Notes: generated by a model from the sequence alone, not told the origin. A DNA stretch of 32,000 nucleotides from Cereibacter sphaeroides 2.4.1 (GCF_000012905.2 NC_007494.2:750001-782000); one strand, 5' to 3'. Shown: positions 6,670-17,813, numbered from the stretch's first letter. Numbers and translations: made by a program.

Positions 6670-7044
6670 TCAACGCTCATAGAGGCGGCGCAGCTCCGCC
6701 TCGGTGACTCCGTCAGACTCCATGACCATCCGGATCATGGGATCGTCCAGCATCGCCTGCAGGAAGAACTGATCGAGCGATTGGCCCGACGCTTCGTCGC
6801 GCGCGATCGCCGAGTCGATGTCGGCCAGCCGCACGGTCAGGGACCGGGCGAGGTTGGGCATCTCTGGCGTGGGATGGAGGTGGATCACCACCGACGCCCG
6901 CCATGCCGCCGGGTCCGGCATGCCCGCTGGAGGCCGGATCTCGGTATCGAGCTGGTATCGGCCGGCCGGAAGTTCCGCGTCAAAGCCGGGCAGACGGAAC
7001 GGTCGCAGGAACACCGCGGTGGATCGGACGATGCGGTCGGCCAT
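6670..7044 (-). CDS. Hypothetical 124-aa protein, of a small conserved alphaproteobacterial type
   Basis: I place the start at ATG 7044 (MADRIVRSTAVF...) with AGGAGG upstream; the track's 276-aa extension looks like a high-GC artefact. The C-terminus ...FFLQAMLDDPMIRMVMESDGVTEAELRRLYER resembles small hypothetical proteins I recall from alphaproteobacteria. Confidence 0.55.
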   Translation of the reverse strand: MADRIVRSTAVFLRPFRLPGFDAELPAGRYQLDTEIRPPAGMPDPAAWRASVVIHLHPTPEMPNLARSLTVRLADIDSAIARDEASGQSLDQFFLQAMLDDPMIRMVMESDGVTEAELRRLYER

Positions 7045-7788
7045 GGTGGTCCTCCTGTCCTGGGTTCGTTTGCGGGTCCGAGCCATACCCGACGATGGTT
7101 CGGAGCCGTCGCCCGTGCGCGACCGGGCCTCACCCATCCGGCACGACAGTCGCATGGGCCGTCGCGACCACAGCGCGATCCCGCCGCAGGGCGTCATCGA
7201 CGGTGCGCAGACCAGTACGACGACGCTTGCGCCCGGTCCAGTGCTCGACCGTAATGTAGAACTGGTCCGCGGCCAGCAAACTTCCCTCGGCGGCGGGGCG
7301 CCATTGACCTCGGCGCAAATCTCGCATGTCCCCGACGGGAGGTTGTCGCCGAGGTGGAACGTACTCCGGAAGAAAAGTCCCAGGGGATGGCGCGCGCTTT
7401 CCTGGGATCTCTCCTCATGACTTGCCACGCGGCGCTGTCTGACGAAGAACCGAAGGAGGCGCGAGATCCTGATGCGGCGAATAGTGCTCCGCCTTGGCAC
7501 CTCGTCCTGACGGCCGGCTCTCGATCAGTTCTTGTTCGGGGGGCGCCTCGTTCCCATATGAAAATATCACCGAGGCATCAGAGCCGTCGCCTGCCGTCCG
7601 GGCCACGATCCGTCGGCCGGCGCTGTCCGGGCGACATTCGGCCCTTCCCGTCGTCCGGTTCCGGCACCGCAAAGAAGCCCTGAACCGGGTGCCGCGCAAA
7701 CGGCGACCAAGCGCACGTTCGTATGACGTCCCGAGCGGCCGGAATAGGCGCGAGATGACCGATCCCGCCAGCAGAACAAGGAACAGGA

Positions 7789-7998
7789 ATGCGCTCTCCC
7801 AAGTCTGACCCACCGCGGTCCAGTCACGGCCAGGCCGCACAGCGCGCCGACGCCGCAGCGAAGGCGATCATCGCCGCCGAAACCGACGCGCGGAGGGCGC
7901 AGGTCGCGCGGCTGAAGGCGGCACGGCTCGAACGCGATGCGGCGCTCGCGGACCTGCCCCCGGCGCCAAAGCCGGTCCGCAAATCCGGCCGGAAATGA
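7789..7998 (+). CDS. Hypothetical 69-aa Ala/Arg-rich helical protein
   Basis: The ATG is preceded by AAGGAACAGGA and third positions are GC-rich. The segment ...AETDARRAQVARLKAARLERDAAL... resembles small conserved alphaproteobacterial proteins. A short stem-loop CCGCA-GGTT-TGCGG directly follows the stop. Confidence 0.4.
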   Translation: MRSPKSDPPRSSHGQAAQRADAAAKAIIAAETDARRAQVARLKAARLERDAALADLPPAPKPVRKSGRK

Positions 7999-8277
7999 CC
8001 GCAGGTTTGCGGGAGGGCTTCCGGTTCTGCCCCGGAAAATGAGGACCGGTCCCTCCTCTCGCAGGAGCCGGTCCACCGTCAGGATAACAGGCACCCGCCT
8101 CCGAACCCGTCGATCCTGCTAGAGGCGGCCTTGCAGCGGCATAGGGCACCGCACACCAGATGTTGCAGGGCTTGAGGCAACTCTTGGGCACCCCCCAGCC
8201 CTACGAAGAATCGGCGATGGCGTCTGTGCCGGCGTTTTACAAACGGACCGCAAGCTGTTGATTTTCTTAGGTCGGGC

Positions 8278-9140
8278 TCAGCTGCGCTTTACAGGGTGCA
8301 GCCTGCGTTTGCAGGCACTTGGCCCCGACTCATAATCGTGGGGTCGGGGGTTCAAGTCCCCTCTCGCCACCATCGCCCCCCCCACAATCTGTTGGTCGAT
8401 GCCGAGCAGCCGCTCCATGTTGCCGCGGACCTCGACCAGGACGTCGCCGGTCTCAACCTTGGGATGGACAGTGATCTCGGTGATGATCCGGCGCAGGGCC
8501 TCGACCGAGGTCGCGTCGAACGTGCCGTCGCCCCGCTGCAGCGCGGCCGAAAGATCGGCGATGGCGCGCGTATAGGCAGCCGTCGCCTGCGGATGCAGCT
8601 CCACCACATTGTCCTCGCTCGAGGCGATCTCGAGCTCGCTCCGCGCCATCTCTGCGGCCTGCTTGGCCTGCAGCACCCGGGCGTCGGCTTCCTCGCCCTC
8701 AATCAGGCCACGCGCCATCATGTCCACCAGCCGCATGTAGCGGGCTCGGCTGTCCGCCGCGGCCCGTTCCAGCCGTGCCCGGTCGCGGCGCGCCGTCTCC
8801 GTCAGGCGCCGGCGCTCCTCGGCATAGACCCGGACGAACTCCTTCAGATAGTCCGGGCGGTCGAGTTGCGCCCGAAGGCGAAGGAAGATCGCCTCCTCGA
8901 TCTTCTCGAGCCGATAGCGCGCCTTGTTCTCGCAGCTTCCGCTCTCGTTCGCCGTGCTGCACCGGATCCGGATCGCCTCGCCGCAACGGTCGTGGATGCT
9001 CATACCGCCCCCGCAGCAGGCGCACCGGATCAGGCCTGAGAAAGGACGGGGCGGCGCCTTGGTGATATTGCCCATCCGCACCGCCTCCGCCTGCTGCGCG
9101 TGGCGCCGGACGGCGGCCGCGAAGAGCGGCCGGGGCACGG
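8278..9140 (-). pseudogene. Large serine recombinase, C-terminal part only (zinc ribbon plus coiled coil); the catalytic resolvase domain is missing
   Basis: The segment ...PPRPFSGLIRCACCGGGMSIHDRCGEAIRIRCSTANESGSCENKARYRLEKIEEAIF... is a recombinase zinc beta-ribbon, followed by a long coiled coil. The N-terminal 230 codons of the track ORF (8278-9789) are antisense to the portal gene. The last ~35 codons (...MVARGDLNPRPHDYES...) are the antisense translation of the tRNA-like fragment. Confidence 0.6.
8324..8372 (+). tRNA. tRNA-Met(CAT)-like 3' fragment (anticodon arm to CCA), probably an attachment-site remnant rather than a functional gene
   Basis: The anticodon arm is CCCGA-CTCATAA-TCGTG with one C-T mismatch. 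It is followed by GGGTC, the T arm GGGGG-TTCAAGT-CCCCT, and CTCGCCACCA. No complementary 5' acceptor strand or D arm lies upstream, and the acceptor/discriminator is one nt short of canonical. Confidence 0.45.
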
Positions 9141-9149
9141 GGCGGGCGA

Positions 9150-9972
9150 GCTCGAGCTGATCGACCTCGTGCGCCAGTCCGGCTGCAGCGTGCTCCGCGC
9201 CGGCCGGGACCGGTTCTACGACTTCGAGGACGGCGCGGGCCTCCGCCGCCGCGCGCCTGCCCGCGCCATGATCCATCTGCGCTACATGGCCGAGGACGGC
9301 TGGACGGGGCGCAGCCCGCTCGAGGTCGCGGCCGAGAGCGTGGGCCTCGCGCTCGCAGGCCAGGAGTCGGCGGCCCGCGCGGCCTCGGGCGTCACCGCCC
9401 GTGCCGTGATCCGGCTCCGCGACGATTACGAGGATGACGAGGCGCGCGTCCGCAGCGCCCGCCGGGTGGCGGCCGCGCTCCGCGCGCCGGAGGTCGAGGG
9501 CTTCCCGATCCTCGGCGAGGGCGAGGATGTGAAGACGCTCGACATGAAGGCGGCCGATCAGGAACTCCTCGGCAGCCGCAAGTTCGACCGCGAGCAGATC
9601 GCGGCGATCTACCGGGTGCCGCCGGCGAAGCTCCAGATGATGGAATACGGGGTGAAGGCCAACGGCGAGCAGCAGGCCATCGACTATCTCACCGACTGTC
9701 TCCTGCATTGGGCGAAGCAGGTCGAGGACCAGCTGGCGCTCGGCGTGCTGACCGAGGCCGAGCGCCGGGCGGGCCTCTTCTTCCGCCACGACTTCGGCGC
9801 CCTGCTCCGGCCCACGACGCGCGAGCGGTACGAAGCCCTCGCCAAGGCGGTGGGCGGCCCGATCCTGACCCCGAACGAGGCCCGGCGGATCGACGGCTAC
9901 GATCCCATCGAGGGCGGCGACCGGCTGAACCCGGCGCCGAACATGACCCGCAGCGAGGAGACAGATCCATGA
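9150..9972 (+). pseudogene. Phage portal protein, HK97 family, N-terminally truncated
   Basis: The segment ...IHLRYMAEDGWTGRSPLEVAAESVGLALAGQE...LGSRKFDREQIAAIYRVPPAKLQMM... follows the HK97-type portal pattern. About 130 N-terminal residues and any credible start are missing. The stop overlaps the protease ATG (ATGA at 9969-9972). Confidence 0.6.
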
Positions 9973-10886
9973 CCCGCACGCTCGCCAGCCTCTTCGGCCC
10001 TCTGCAGCCCATGGCGCTGGCCGAGGATCTCGCGGCGCCCCTCCTCGCGATGCCGATCCCAGAGGGGGCGGCGGATCCCGCCGCTGCGGCCCGTGCTCCG
10101 GCGGCCGGCCCGACCGTTCCCGACCGCTTCACCGTCGCGCGCGGCCTCGCGGTGGTGCCGGTGCGCGGGATCCTCACGCCGAACATGGCGCAGTACGAGC
10201 GCTGGTTCGGCTGGGCGACCTATCATGGCCTCGCCGAGACGATGGCGCACCTCGCGGCCAGCGAGGATGCCGCCGCCATCGTGCTCGAGATCGACAGCCC
10301 CGGCGGCCTCGTCTGCGGGATCGAGGCGGCGGCCGAGGCCATCGCGGCGGCCGCCGCCGTGAAGCCGGTCCATGCCCTCGTCTCGCCGCTCGCGGCTTCC
10401 GCCGCCTATTGGCTCGCCTCGCAGGCCTCCGAGATCGTGATGACGCCCGGCGCCGTCGCGGGCTCCATCGGCGTGGCGCTGACCGCCGCAGCCCACGTCC
10501 AGCCCGGCGCGAACGGCGCGCAGATCTTCGAGATGAGCTCCCGCCACGCCCGCGCCAAGCGCCCCGACGCCTCGACCGAGGCCGGCCGCGCCGAGCTCCA
10601 GCGCAGCCTCGACGAGGCCGAGGCCGCCTTCCACGCCGCCGTCTCCGCCGGCCGCGCCATCCCCGCAGCCGAGCTCGCCGCCCGCCTCAGCGTCACCGAC
10701 GATCCGCAGGACGGCGGCGCGACCTTCCGCGCCCCCGAGGCCATCCGCCGCGGCCTCGCCGACCGCATCGAGACCCGCGCCGCCTTCTATGCCCGCCTCG
10801 CCGCCCGCACCGCGCCGAAGCCCCGCAGCCCCAGTCGCGCCTTCGCCGCCCGCGCCGCCGCGGCGGCAGCGCTGGCCCGGAGCTGA
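9969..10886 (+). CDS. Phage head maturation protease, S49 (SppA/ClpP-like) family
   Basis: I place the start at ATG 9969 (MTRTLASLFG...). The segment IVLEIDSPGGLVCGIEAAAEAI...KPVHALVSPLAASAAYWLASQASEIVMTPGAVAGSIGV is the S49 peptidase core. Confidence 0.8.
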   Translation: MTRTLASLFGPLQPMALAEDLAAPLLAMPIPEGAADPAAAARAPAAGPTVPDRFTVARGLAVVPVRGILTPNMAQYERWFGWATYHGLAETMAHLAASEDAAAIVLEIDSPGGLVCGIEAAAEAIAAAAAVKPVHALVSPLAASAAYWLASQASEIVMTPGAVAGSIGVALTAAAHVQPGANGAQIFEMSSRHARAKRPDASTEAGRAELQRSLDEAEAAFHAAVSAGRAIPAAELAARLSVTDDPQDGGATFRAPEAIRRGLADRIETRAAFYARLAARTAPKPRSPSRAFAARAAAAAALARS

Positions 10887-10913
10887 TCGGCACGCGAGCT
10901 GCCGCGTCAGGGT

Positions 10914-11321
10914 TCAGGACAGCTCGACCCCGAAGAGGCTTCTCGTCCATTCGACAAACAGGCCGAAAGGCCGCGCCAGCAGGATCATGAGAATAATGGC
11001 CGACCCGATGGCCGTTCCGGCTTCAGCGAAGCTCGCTCCCGCGATGAGAAGCGTGGCGCCATAGACCGGCGCCTGGAACGACAGGAATGCCAGAATGTCG
11101 GTCAGAAAGGCGCTCCAGCGGTTCCGGGGGGCCGTTCGCCTCACCAGCCAATCGCGCCATCGCGTGTAGGGTCTGCCCGTCAAAACCATGACTGGCACCA
11201 TGAGAAGACGTGTGGCCAGAACCTCGGACGGTGCCATTCCTGCGATGAGCAACTCCGAGAAGGTCGCTACCGCGGTGAAGAAGATGACCGTGGCAACGGT
11301 GTCGATGATGAAGAGGCGCAT
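10914..11321 (-). CDS. alaE: AlaE-like L-alanine exporter (small 4-TM efflux protein) inserted in the head module
   Basis: 135 codons run from ATG 11321 (MRLFIIDTVATVIFF...). The collinear motifs DT..., GM, TRLLMVPV, PY..WRD and LTDILAFLSFQAPVYGATLLIAG match E. coli AlaE/YgaW as I recall it. GC is lower than in the flanking phage genes. The track's 554-aa ORF is an artefactual upstream extension. Confidence 0.7.
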   Translation of the reverse strand: MRLFIIDTVATVIFFTAVATFSELLIAGMAPSEVLATRLLMVPVMVLTGRPYTRWRDWLVRRTAPRNRWSAFLTDILAFLSFQAPVYGATLLIAGASFAEAGTAIGSAIILMILLARPFGLFVEWTRSLFGVELS

Positions 11322-11477
11322 GGGCGGTGCATTATCATGATGCGTCCGCCGGCGCACCTCTGAGCCGAAGACCCCGGCACCTTCGGGCTCCAGCCAATCC
11401 CCTTCACCCCTTCCCATCCCCCGCCTGTGGCGGGGCCGTTCGGCTGCGCGGATGCAGCCCTGCCAAGAGAGGATCCC

Positions 11478-12558
11478 ATGGCACGACAGAACCTCGACGA
11501 CCTGCGCCGCGCCCGGAAGGCCGCGGCCGACACGATGGCCGCGGTGGCCGCCCGCATCGGCGCGCTCGAGGCGGCCGAGGCGCCGGACGCCGCCGCTCTC
11601 GAGACCGAGACTGCGGCCTTTGCCGCTGCCGAAGCCGCCTTTGCCAAAGCCGATGCCGCCGTGACGCGCGCGGCGGCCGTGGAAGCCGCACAGGCCGCCG
11701 CGGCGCAGGGCGATGGCGCGGGCGCCGGGGGCGGAGCGGGTGCTGCCGGCGCCGATGCCGTGCCGGCCGTGGCGTCCGATCCGGCGCATCGCGGGGTGGC
11801 GGCGGGCTTCATGGTCCAGGCGCTCGCGCGGACCAAGGGCGACCGCGACAAGGCGGCCCGCCTCCTCGAGGCCGAGGGCCATGGCGCGATCTCGGCCGCG
11901 CTCTCGGGGGCCAGCGAAGGCGCGGGCGGCGTCACCATCCCGCGCCCCCAGGCGGCCGAGCTGATCGAGATGCTGCGCGCCCGCGTCGTCGTGCGCGCCT
12001 CGGGCGCCCGCACGCTGCCGATGCCCGCGGGCGAGATGCGGCACGCGAAGCAGGTGGGCTCGGCCGTCGCCGCCTATGCCGCCGAGAATGCCGCCATCGC
12101 GCCGAGCCAGCCCAGCTTCGACAAGATCGACCAGAGCTTCAAGAAACTCTTGGGCATGGTGCCCATCGGTAACTCGCTCCTGCGCCACTCGGGCGTGGCG
12201 ATGGCGCAGCTCGTGCGCGACGATCTCCTGAAGGTCATGGCGCTCCGCGAGGATCTCGCGTTCCTGCGCGGCGATGGCAGCGCCGACACGCCGAAGGGGC
12301 TGCGGCACTGGATGCTGCCGGCGAACTGGTCCGCCGCTCCGGTGGCCGCCACGCCGGCGGCGGCTGAGGCGGCGATCCGGCGCACGGTGTCGCTCGTCGA
12401 GGATGCCGATGTGGGCATGGTCTCGCCCGGCTGGATCATGCGGGCCTCGACGAAGAACTGGCTCGCGAGCCTGAAGGACCCGAACGGCAACCCGCTCTTC
12501 CCCTCCATCGGGGCGTCCGCGCAGCTCATGGGCTTCCCGATCCGGACGAGCTCGCAGA
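11478..12558 (+). pseudogene. HK97-family major capsid protein, C-terminally truncated
   Basis: ATG 11478 (MARQNLDDLRR...) opens an Ala-rich coiled delta-domain. The capsid core then runs ...IPRPQAAELIEMLRARVVV...FKKLLGMVPIGNSLL...LREDLAFLRGDGSADTPKGL...QLMGFPIRTSSQ. Family similarity stops at ~12557, and the frame then reads through the holin RBS and start to a stop at 12659. Confidence 0.65.
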
Positions 12559-12595
12559 GACCCGCGCGACGAGCGCACACAACAGGAGCGGCGCG

Positions 12596-12961
12596 ATGCC
12601 GAAAGAGGGACTCATCGACACCATCGCCGCGCTCAGGGGCGGGTCCATCGCCACGCTGATCGCGGCGGCCATGGGACGGCTCCTGTATCACACCAACGAG
12701 GTCCGCGCCCGCCGCCGCGCCTTCTTCGGCCGCGAGTTCCTCTGGGAGATCCCCGCCCTCGTCCTCATGACCTTCGTCGGCGAGGCACTGAGCTCCTCGC
12801 TCAACCTCGACCGCCGGGCGGCGATGGGGCTCGTGGCGATGCTCGCCTACCTCGGCCCGCGGGGCACCAAGGCGATGGCCGAGCGGCTCTGGCGGGGACT
12901 CTGCTGCACAAGTCGACTGATGATCGGCACGCCCCTTTCCCCGGACATACCTATCCTGTGA
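12596..12961 (+). CDS. LydA-like phage holin (holin superfamily III), with its 3' end probably replaced by IS sequence
   Basis: ATG 12596 follows AGGAG at 7-nt spacing. The segment ...GGSIATLIAAAMGRLLY...FLWEIPALVLMTFVGEALSSSLNLDRRAAMGLVAMLAYLGPRGTKAMAERL parallels phage P1 LydA as I recall it. The tail WRGLCCTSRLMIGTPLSPDIPIL looks non-native. Confidence 0.5.
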   Translation: MPKEGLIDTIAALRGGSIATLIAAAMGRLLYHTNEVRARRRAFFGREFLWEIPALVLMTFVGEALSSSLNLDRRAAMGLVAMLAYLGPRGTKAMAERLWRGLCCTSRLMIGTPLSPDIPIL

Positions 12962-13690
12962 CTTCCGTGATGGGTGTCCCGAGCGCGGTGAAGCCGTTCA
13001 GGACGGCGACACGAACCTGGAACTCGGCGACCTGACGGTCGAAGTCCCTGGCGGACAGTCGGTGGCCCGGCAGCTTGAGGCAATGCATCTTCGTCGCTGT
13101 CCGGTTTCGGCGGGGGTAGCCGCTCCATCGTCGCCAGATGGTCCGGCCGACGCGCTTCGATGTGCGCAGGATTTCGTTGCGTGCGATTGCACCGGTGGTG
13201 TCAGGTTTACAGACTTTGGCGTTCTTCCGCGGCGGGATGACGGCGGCCGCGCCGCGGGAGGCGATGGCGTTATGGCACTTGCGGGTGTCGAAGGCGCCGT
13301 CGGCGGGGACGGTGGCGATGTCCTGGTCGGGCGGGATCTGGTCCAGCAGCTCGGGCAGCATCGGCGCGTCGCCGACATCGCTGATGGTGAGCTGGGCGGC
13401 CCGAATTTCCAGTGATTTCTCATCGATTCCGATGTGGATCCTGCGCCAGACCCGCCGCTTCGGGCCGCCATGCTTGCGGGCATTCCACTCGCCTTCCCCC
13501 CTCCACCTTGATACCTGTGCTGTCGACCAGCAGGTGCAACGGACCGTCCGAACCGCGGTAGGGGATGTTGACCTTCAGGGGCTTCTGGCGCCGTGACAGC
13601 GTGCTGAAGTCAGGCGCGGGCCCAAGCCAGGCCGCTCACCTGCAACAGGCTCTCCACGAACCCGGTCGCCTGGCGGGCCTCGCAGAGTCG
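12951..13690 (-). mobile_element. IS5-family (IS903-group-like) transposase remnant: 5'-truncated, frameshifted, catalytic Glu apparently lost
   Basis: The minus-strand translation reads ...QATGFVESLLQVSGLAWARAPDFSTLSRRQKPLKVNIPYRGSDGPLHLLVDSTGIKVEG, then a frameshift, then EGEWNARKHGGPKRRVWRRIHIGIDEKSLEIRAAQ...ADGAFDTRKCH...IPPRKNA...WSGYPRRNRTATKMHCLK...RDFDRQVAEFQVRVAVLNGFTALGTPITEVTG. The frameshift sits in the C-run at 13496-13501. About 100 N-terminal codons are absent. The position of the conserved ...ET.M Glu reads Ala. Confidence 0.75.
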
Positions 13691-13732
13691 GGACCCACAT
13701 CCCCGCCGCCGCCCGTGATCGTCACCCGGCCC

Positions 13733-13760
13733 GGTGAGCCCCGCGGACGCGGGACCCACC
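13733..13760 (-). terminator. GC-rich stem-loop 8 nt downstream of the kdgD stop, a possible operon terminator
   Basis: GGTGAGCCCCGCG-GA-CGCGGGACCCACC pairs 11 of 13 positions. No U-tract follows. Confidence 0.3.
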
Positions 13761-13767
13761 CCGGATT

Positions 13768-16318
<2,551 letters not shown>

Positions 16319-16359
16319 GAAAGGCTCCCGTGTCTGAGATGTCGTCCGACCGCGGGCGG

Positions 16360-17016
16360 TCAGGTCTGGGTGTCGTAGCCGTTGAGCACGGCCAGGCTTT
16401 CGCCGGCGGCGAGACGCCGGCGCCAGTCGACCTCGCGCGCCTCGTCCGCCTCGGCGCACGCGACCAGCGCCGCAAGATCCGGGCGTTCCGGGTCGAGACA
16501 GAGCAGGCCGTTCTCGTCTCCGAAGATCAGGTCGCCGTCCCGCACCGGAACGCCGCCGGGACAGACGGTGCCGAAAAGCTCGGCCCCCGGCGCCCGCAGC
16601 GGACGCGTGGTGACGACACTCGTGCCGCGCGCGAAGAGCGGAAGGCCCAGGGCCGCGATCTCGGCGATGTCGGTCACCATGCCGTCCACCACGATCCCCG
16701 CCGCGCCCGCGGTCCGCGCGGCCAGCGCCACCATCTCGCCCACGCAGGCGATCCGGTCGTCGCCGCACCGGTCGATGACCAGCACGTCCCCCGGCCGGAT
16801 CGCATCGAGCACGCGGTGCACTGGCTCCGCATCGGGCAGCGGCTGGCGCACGGTGATCGCGCGGCCGAGCATGCGCCCCGGCACCAGCGCGCGGATCCGG
16901 GGCGAAAGGAACCCCGCCGTCAGATGGTGCCCGAGCGAGGCGGGCTGCAGGGCGCGCAACCGCTCGATCAGGTCAGGGTCCAGCGCGGCCGTGGGGCGTC
17001 GGGGGTGCCGGATCAT
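16360..17016 (-). CDS. RraA-family protein (RraA / HMG-CHA aldolase / oxaloacetate decarboxylase-like)
   Basis: The ORF has 218 codons. The segment ...PGDVLVIDRCGDDRIACVGEMVALAARTAGAAGIVVDGMVTDIAEI...LPLFARG... follows the RraA-family pattern. The start overlaps the upstream stop (17013-17016). Confidence 0.75.
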   Translation of the reverse strand: MIRHPRRPTAALDPDLIERLRALQPASLGHHLTAGFLSPRIRALVPGRMLGRAITVRQPLPDAEPVHRVLDAIRPGDVLVIDRCGDDRIACVGEMVALAARTAGAAGIVVDGMVTDIAEIAALGLPLFARGTSVVTTRPLRAPGAELFGTVCPGGVPVRDGDLIFGDENGLLCLDPERPDLAALVACAEADEAREVDWRRRLAAGESLAVLNGYDTQT

Positions 17017-17813
17017 GCCCGGGTCTCCCGCAGCGCCGTGGCGATCCCTGCCGCCGTGCGGCAGCCCTGATTCAGGAAGCCGATGTCATTGCCGACCAGC
17101 AGCATGTCGCCGCCCTCGGCAAGAAGGTCCGCGGCCTGTTCGTCCGTGGCGGGCGCGCAGGGCAGCATCACATGAATGCCCTTCTCGCGGCATTTCGCGA
17201 TAAGCAGGCGCATGGCCTCGCGGACCGTCGGCTCGCGCATGGAATAATCCACCTCGAGGCCGCTCGAGAGGGCAAAGTCCGCCGGGCCGAAATGCACGGC
17301 ATCGATGCCGGGCACGTCGAGGATCTCGTCGATGTTCTCGAAGAACTCCGGGCTTTCGGCCATCGGGACGATGAACGTGTCGCGGTTGCTGCGCCGGGCA
17401 TAGTCCGCCCAGTCGAACCCCGGTCCCGCCCATCCGGCCGAACGGACGGAGCTGTCCCCGCCGCGCCGACCCAGGGGCGGGAACTTCGTGGCCGCGATGA
17501 TCGCGCGCATCTGGTCCGCATCGTGGACCTGCGGCACGATCACCCCCGCCGCGCCGAGTTCGAGCGCCTTGCGCAACCCGGTGGGCGCGCTGTCGGGTAC
17601 CCGGACGAGCGGCGCCACCCCGGCCAGCCGCGCGGCGAGGATCATGCGCTCCATCGGCAGATCGAGGCCCAGCACGCTGTGCTCGGCGTCGATGAACACG
17701 AAGTCGAGCCCCCAGGCGCCCGCGATCTCGACCGCGGAGGGGCTGCCCGAATAGACGTTCATGCCGAAGACCGGCCCGCCCGCGGCGAGCCTGTCGCGCC
17801 ACTCGGGGCTCAT
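17013..17813 (-). CDS. HpcH/HpaI-family aldolase (GarL / 2-keto-3-deoxy-sugar-acid aldolase-like)
   Basis: The ORF has 266 codons. The segment ...GLDFVFIDAEHSVLGLD...LVRVPDSAPTGLRKALELGAAGVIVPQVHDADQM...KFPPLGRRG is typical of the family. It has 4-nt overlaps with both neighbours. Confidence 0.8.
   Translation of the reverse strand: MSPEWRDRLAAGGPVFGMNVYSGSPSAVEIAGAWGLDFVFIDAEHSVLGLDLPMERMILAARLAGVAPLVRVPDSAPTGLRKALELGAAGVIVPQVHDADQMRAIIAATKFPPLGRRGGDSSVRSAGWAGPGFDWADYARRSNRDTFIVPMAESPEFFENIDEILDVPGIDAVHFGPADFALSSGLEVDYSMREPTVREAMRLLIAKCREKGIHVMLPCAPATDEQAADLLAEGGDMLLVGNDIGFLNQGCRTAAGIATALRETRA

Larger units (their letters stand above)
8278..12961. mobile_element. Degraded HK97-type prophage remnant (recombinase fragment, truncated portal, protease, truncated capsid, holin) with internal deletions
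   Basis: See the component features. Terminase, head-tail, tail and endolysin genes are absent. Junctions lie at ~9140-9150 and ~12558, and the right end is cut by an IS remnant at ~12900. Confidence 0.65.

Noticed and set aside
7130-7327. A 65-codon minus-strand ORF upstream of the 6670-7044 gene, as a possible operon partner or TA component
   Set aside because: It has moderate GC3 and sensible spacing, but I can see no clear RBS and recognise no family. The evidence is too weak to list it as a feature.
8297-8372. A complete functional tRNA-Met gene
   Set aside because: No 5' acceptor strand complementary to ...CTCGCC and no D arm are present. The upstream sequence instead forms an unrelated GCCTGC-GTTT-GCAGGC hairpin, so only the 3' part is tRNA-like.
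8278-9789. A single 503-aa protein
   Set aside because: It is chimeric. Only the C-terminal ~265 codons look like a serine recombinase. The N-terminal ~235 codons are the antisense of the portal gene, and the last ~35 codons are antisense to a tRNA-like fragment.
9150-12558. An RcGTA-like gene transfer agent head module (portal-protease-capsid in a Rhodobacterales-like genome)
   Set aside because: The protease is S49/SppA-like rather than the HK97-type prohead protease I associate with RcGTA clusters. The portal and capsid genes are truncated, terminase and tail genes are absent, and a recombinase fragment, an att-like tRNA piece and a holin point to a decayed temperate phage.
10914-12578. 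A 554-aa minus-strand ORF
   Set aside because: Only the last 135 codons (AlaE-like, from ATG 11321) look genuine. The rest is antisense to the capsid gene and is Arg/Gly/Ala-rich shadow sequence.
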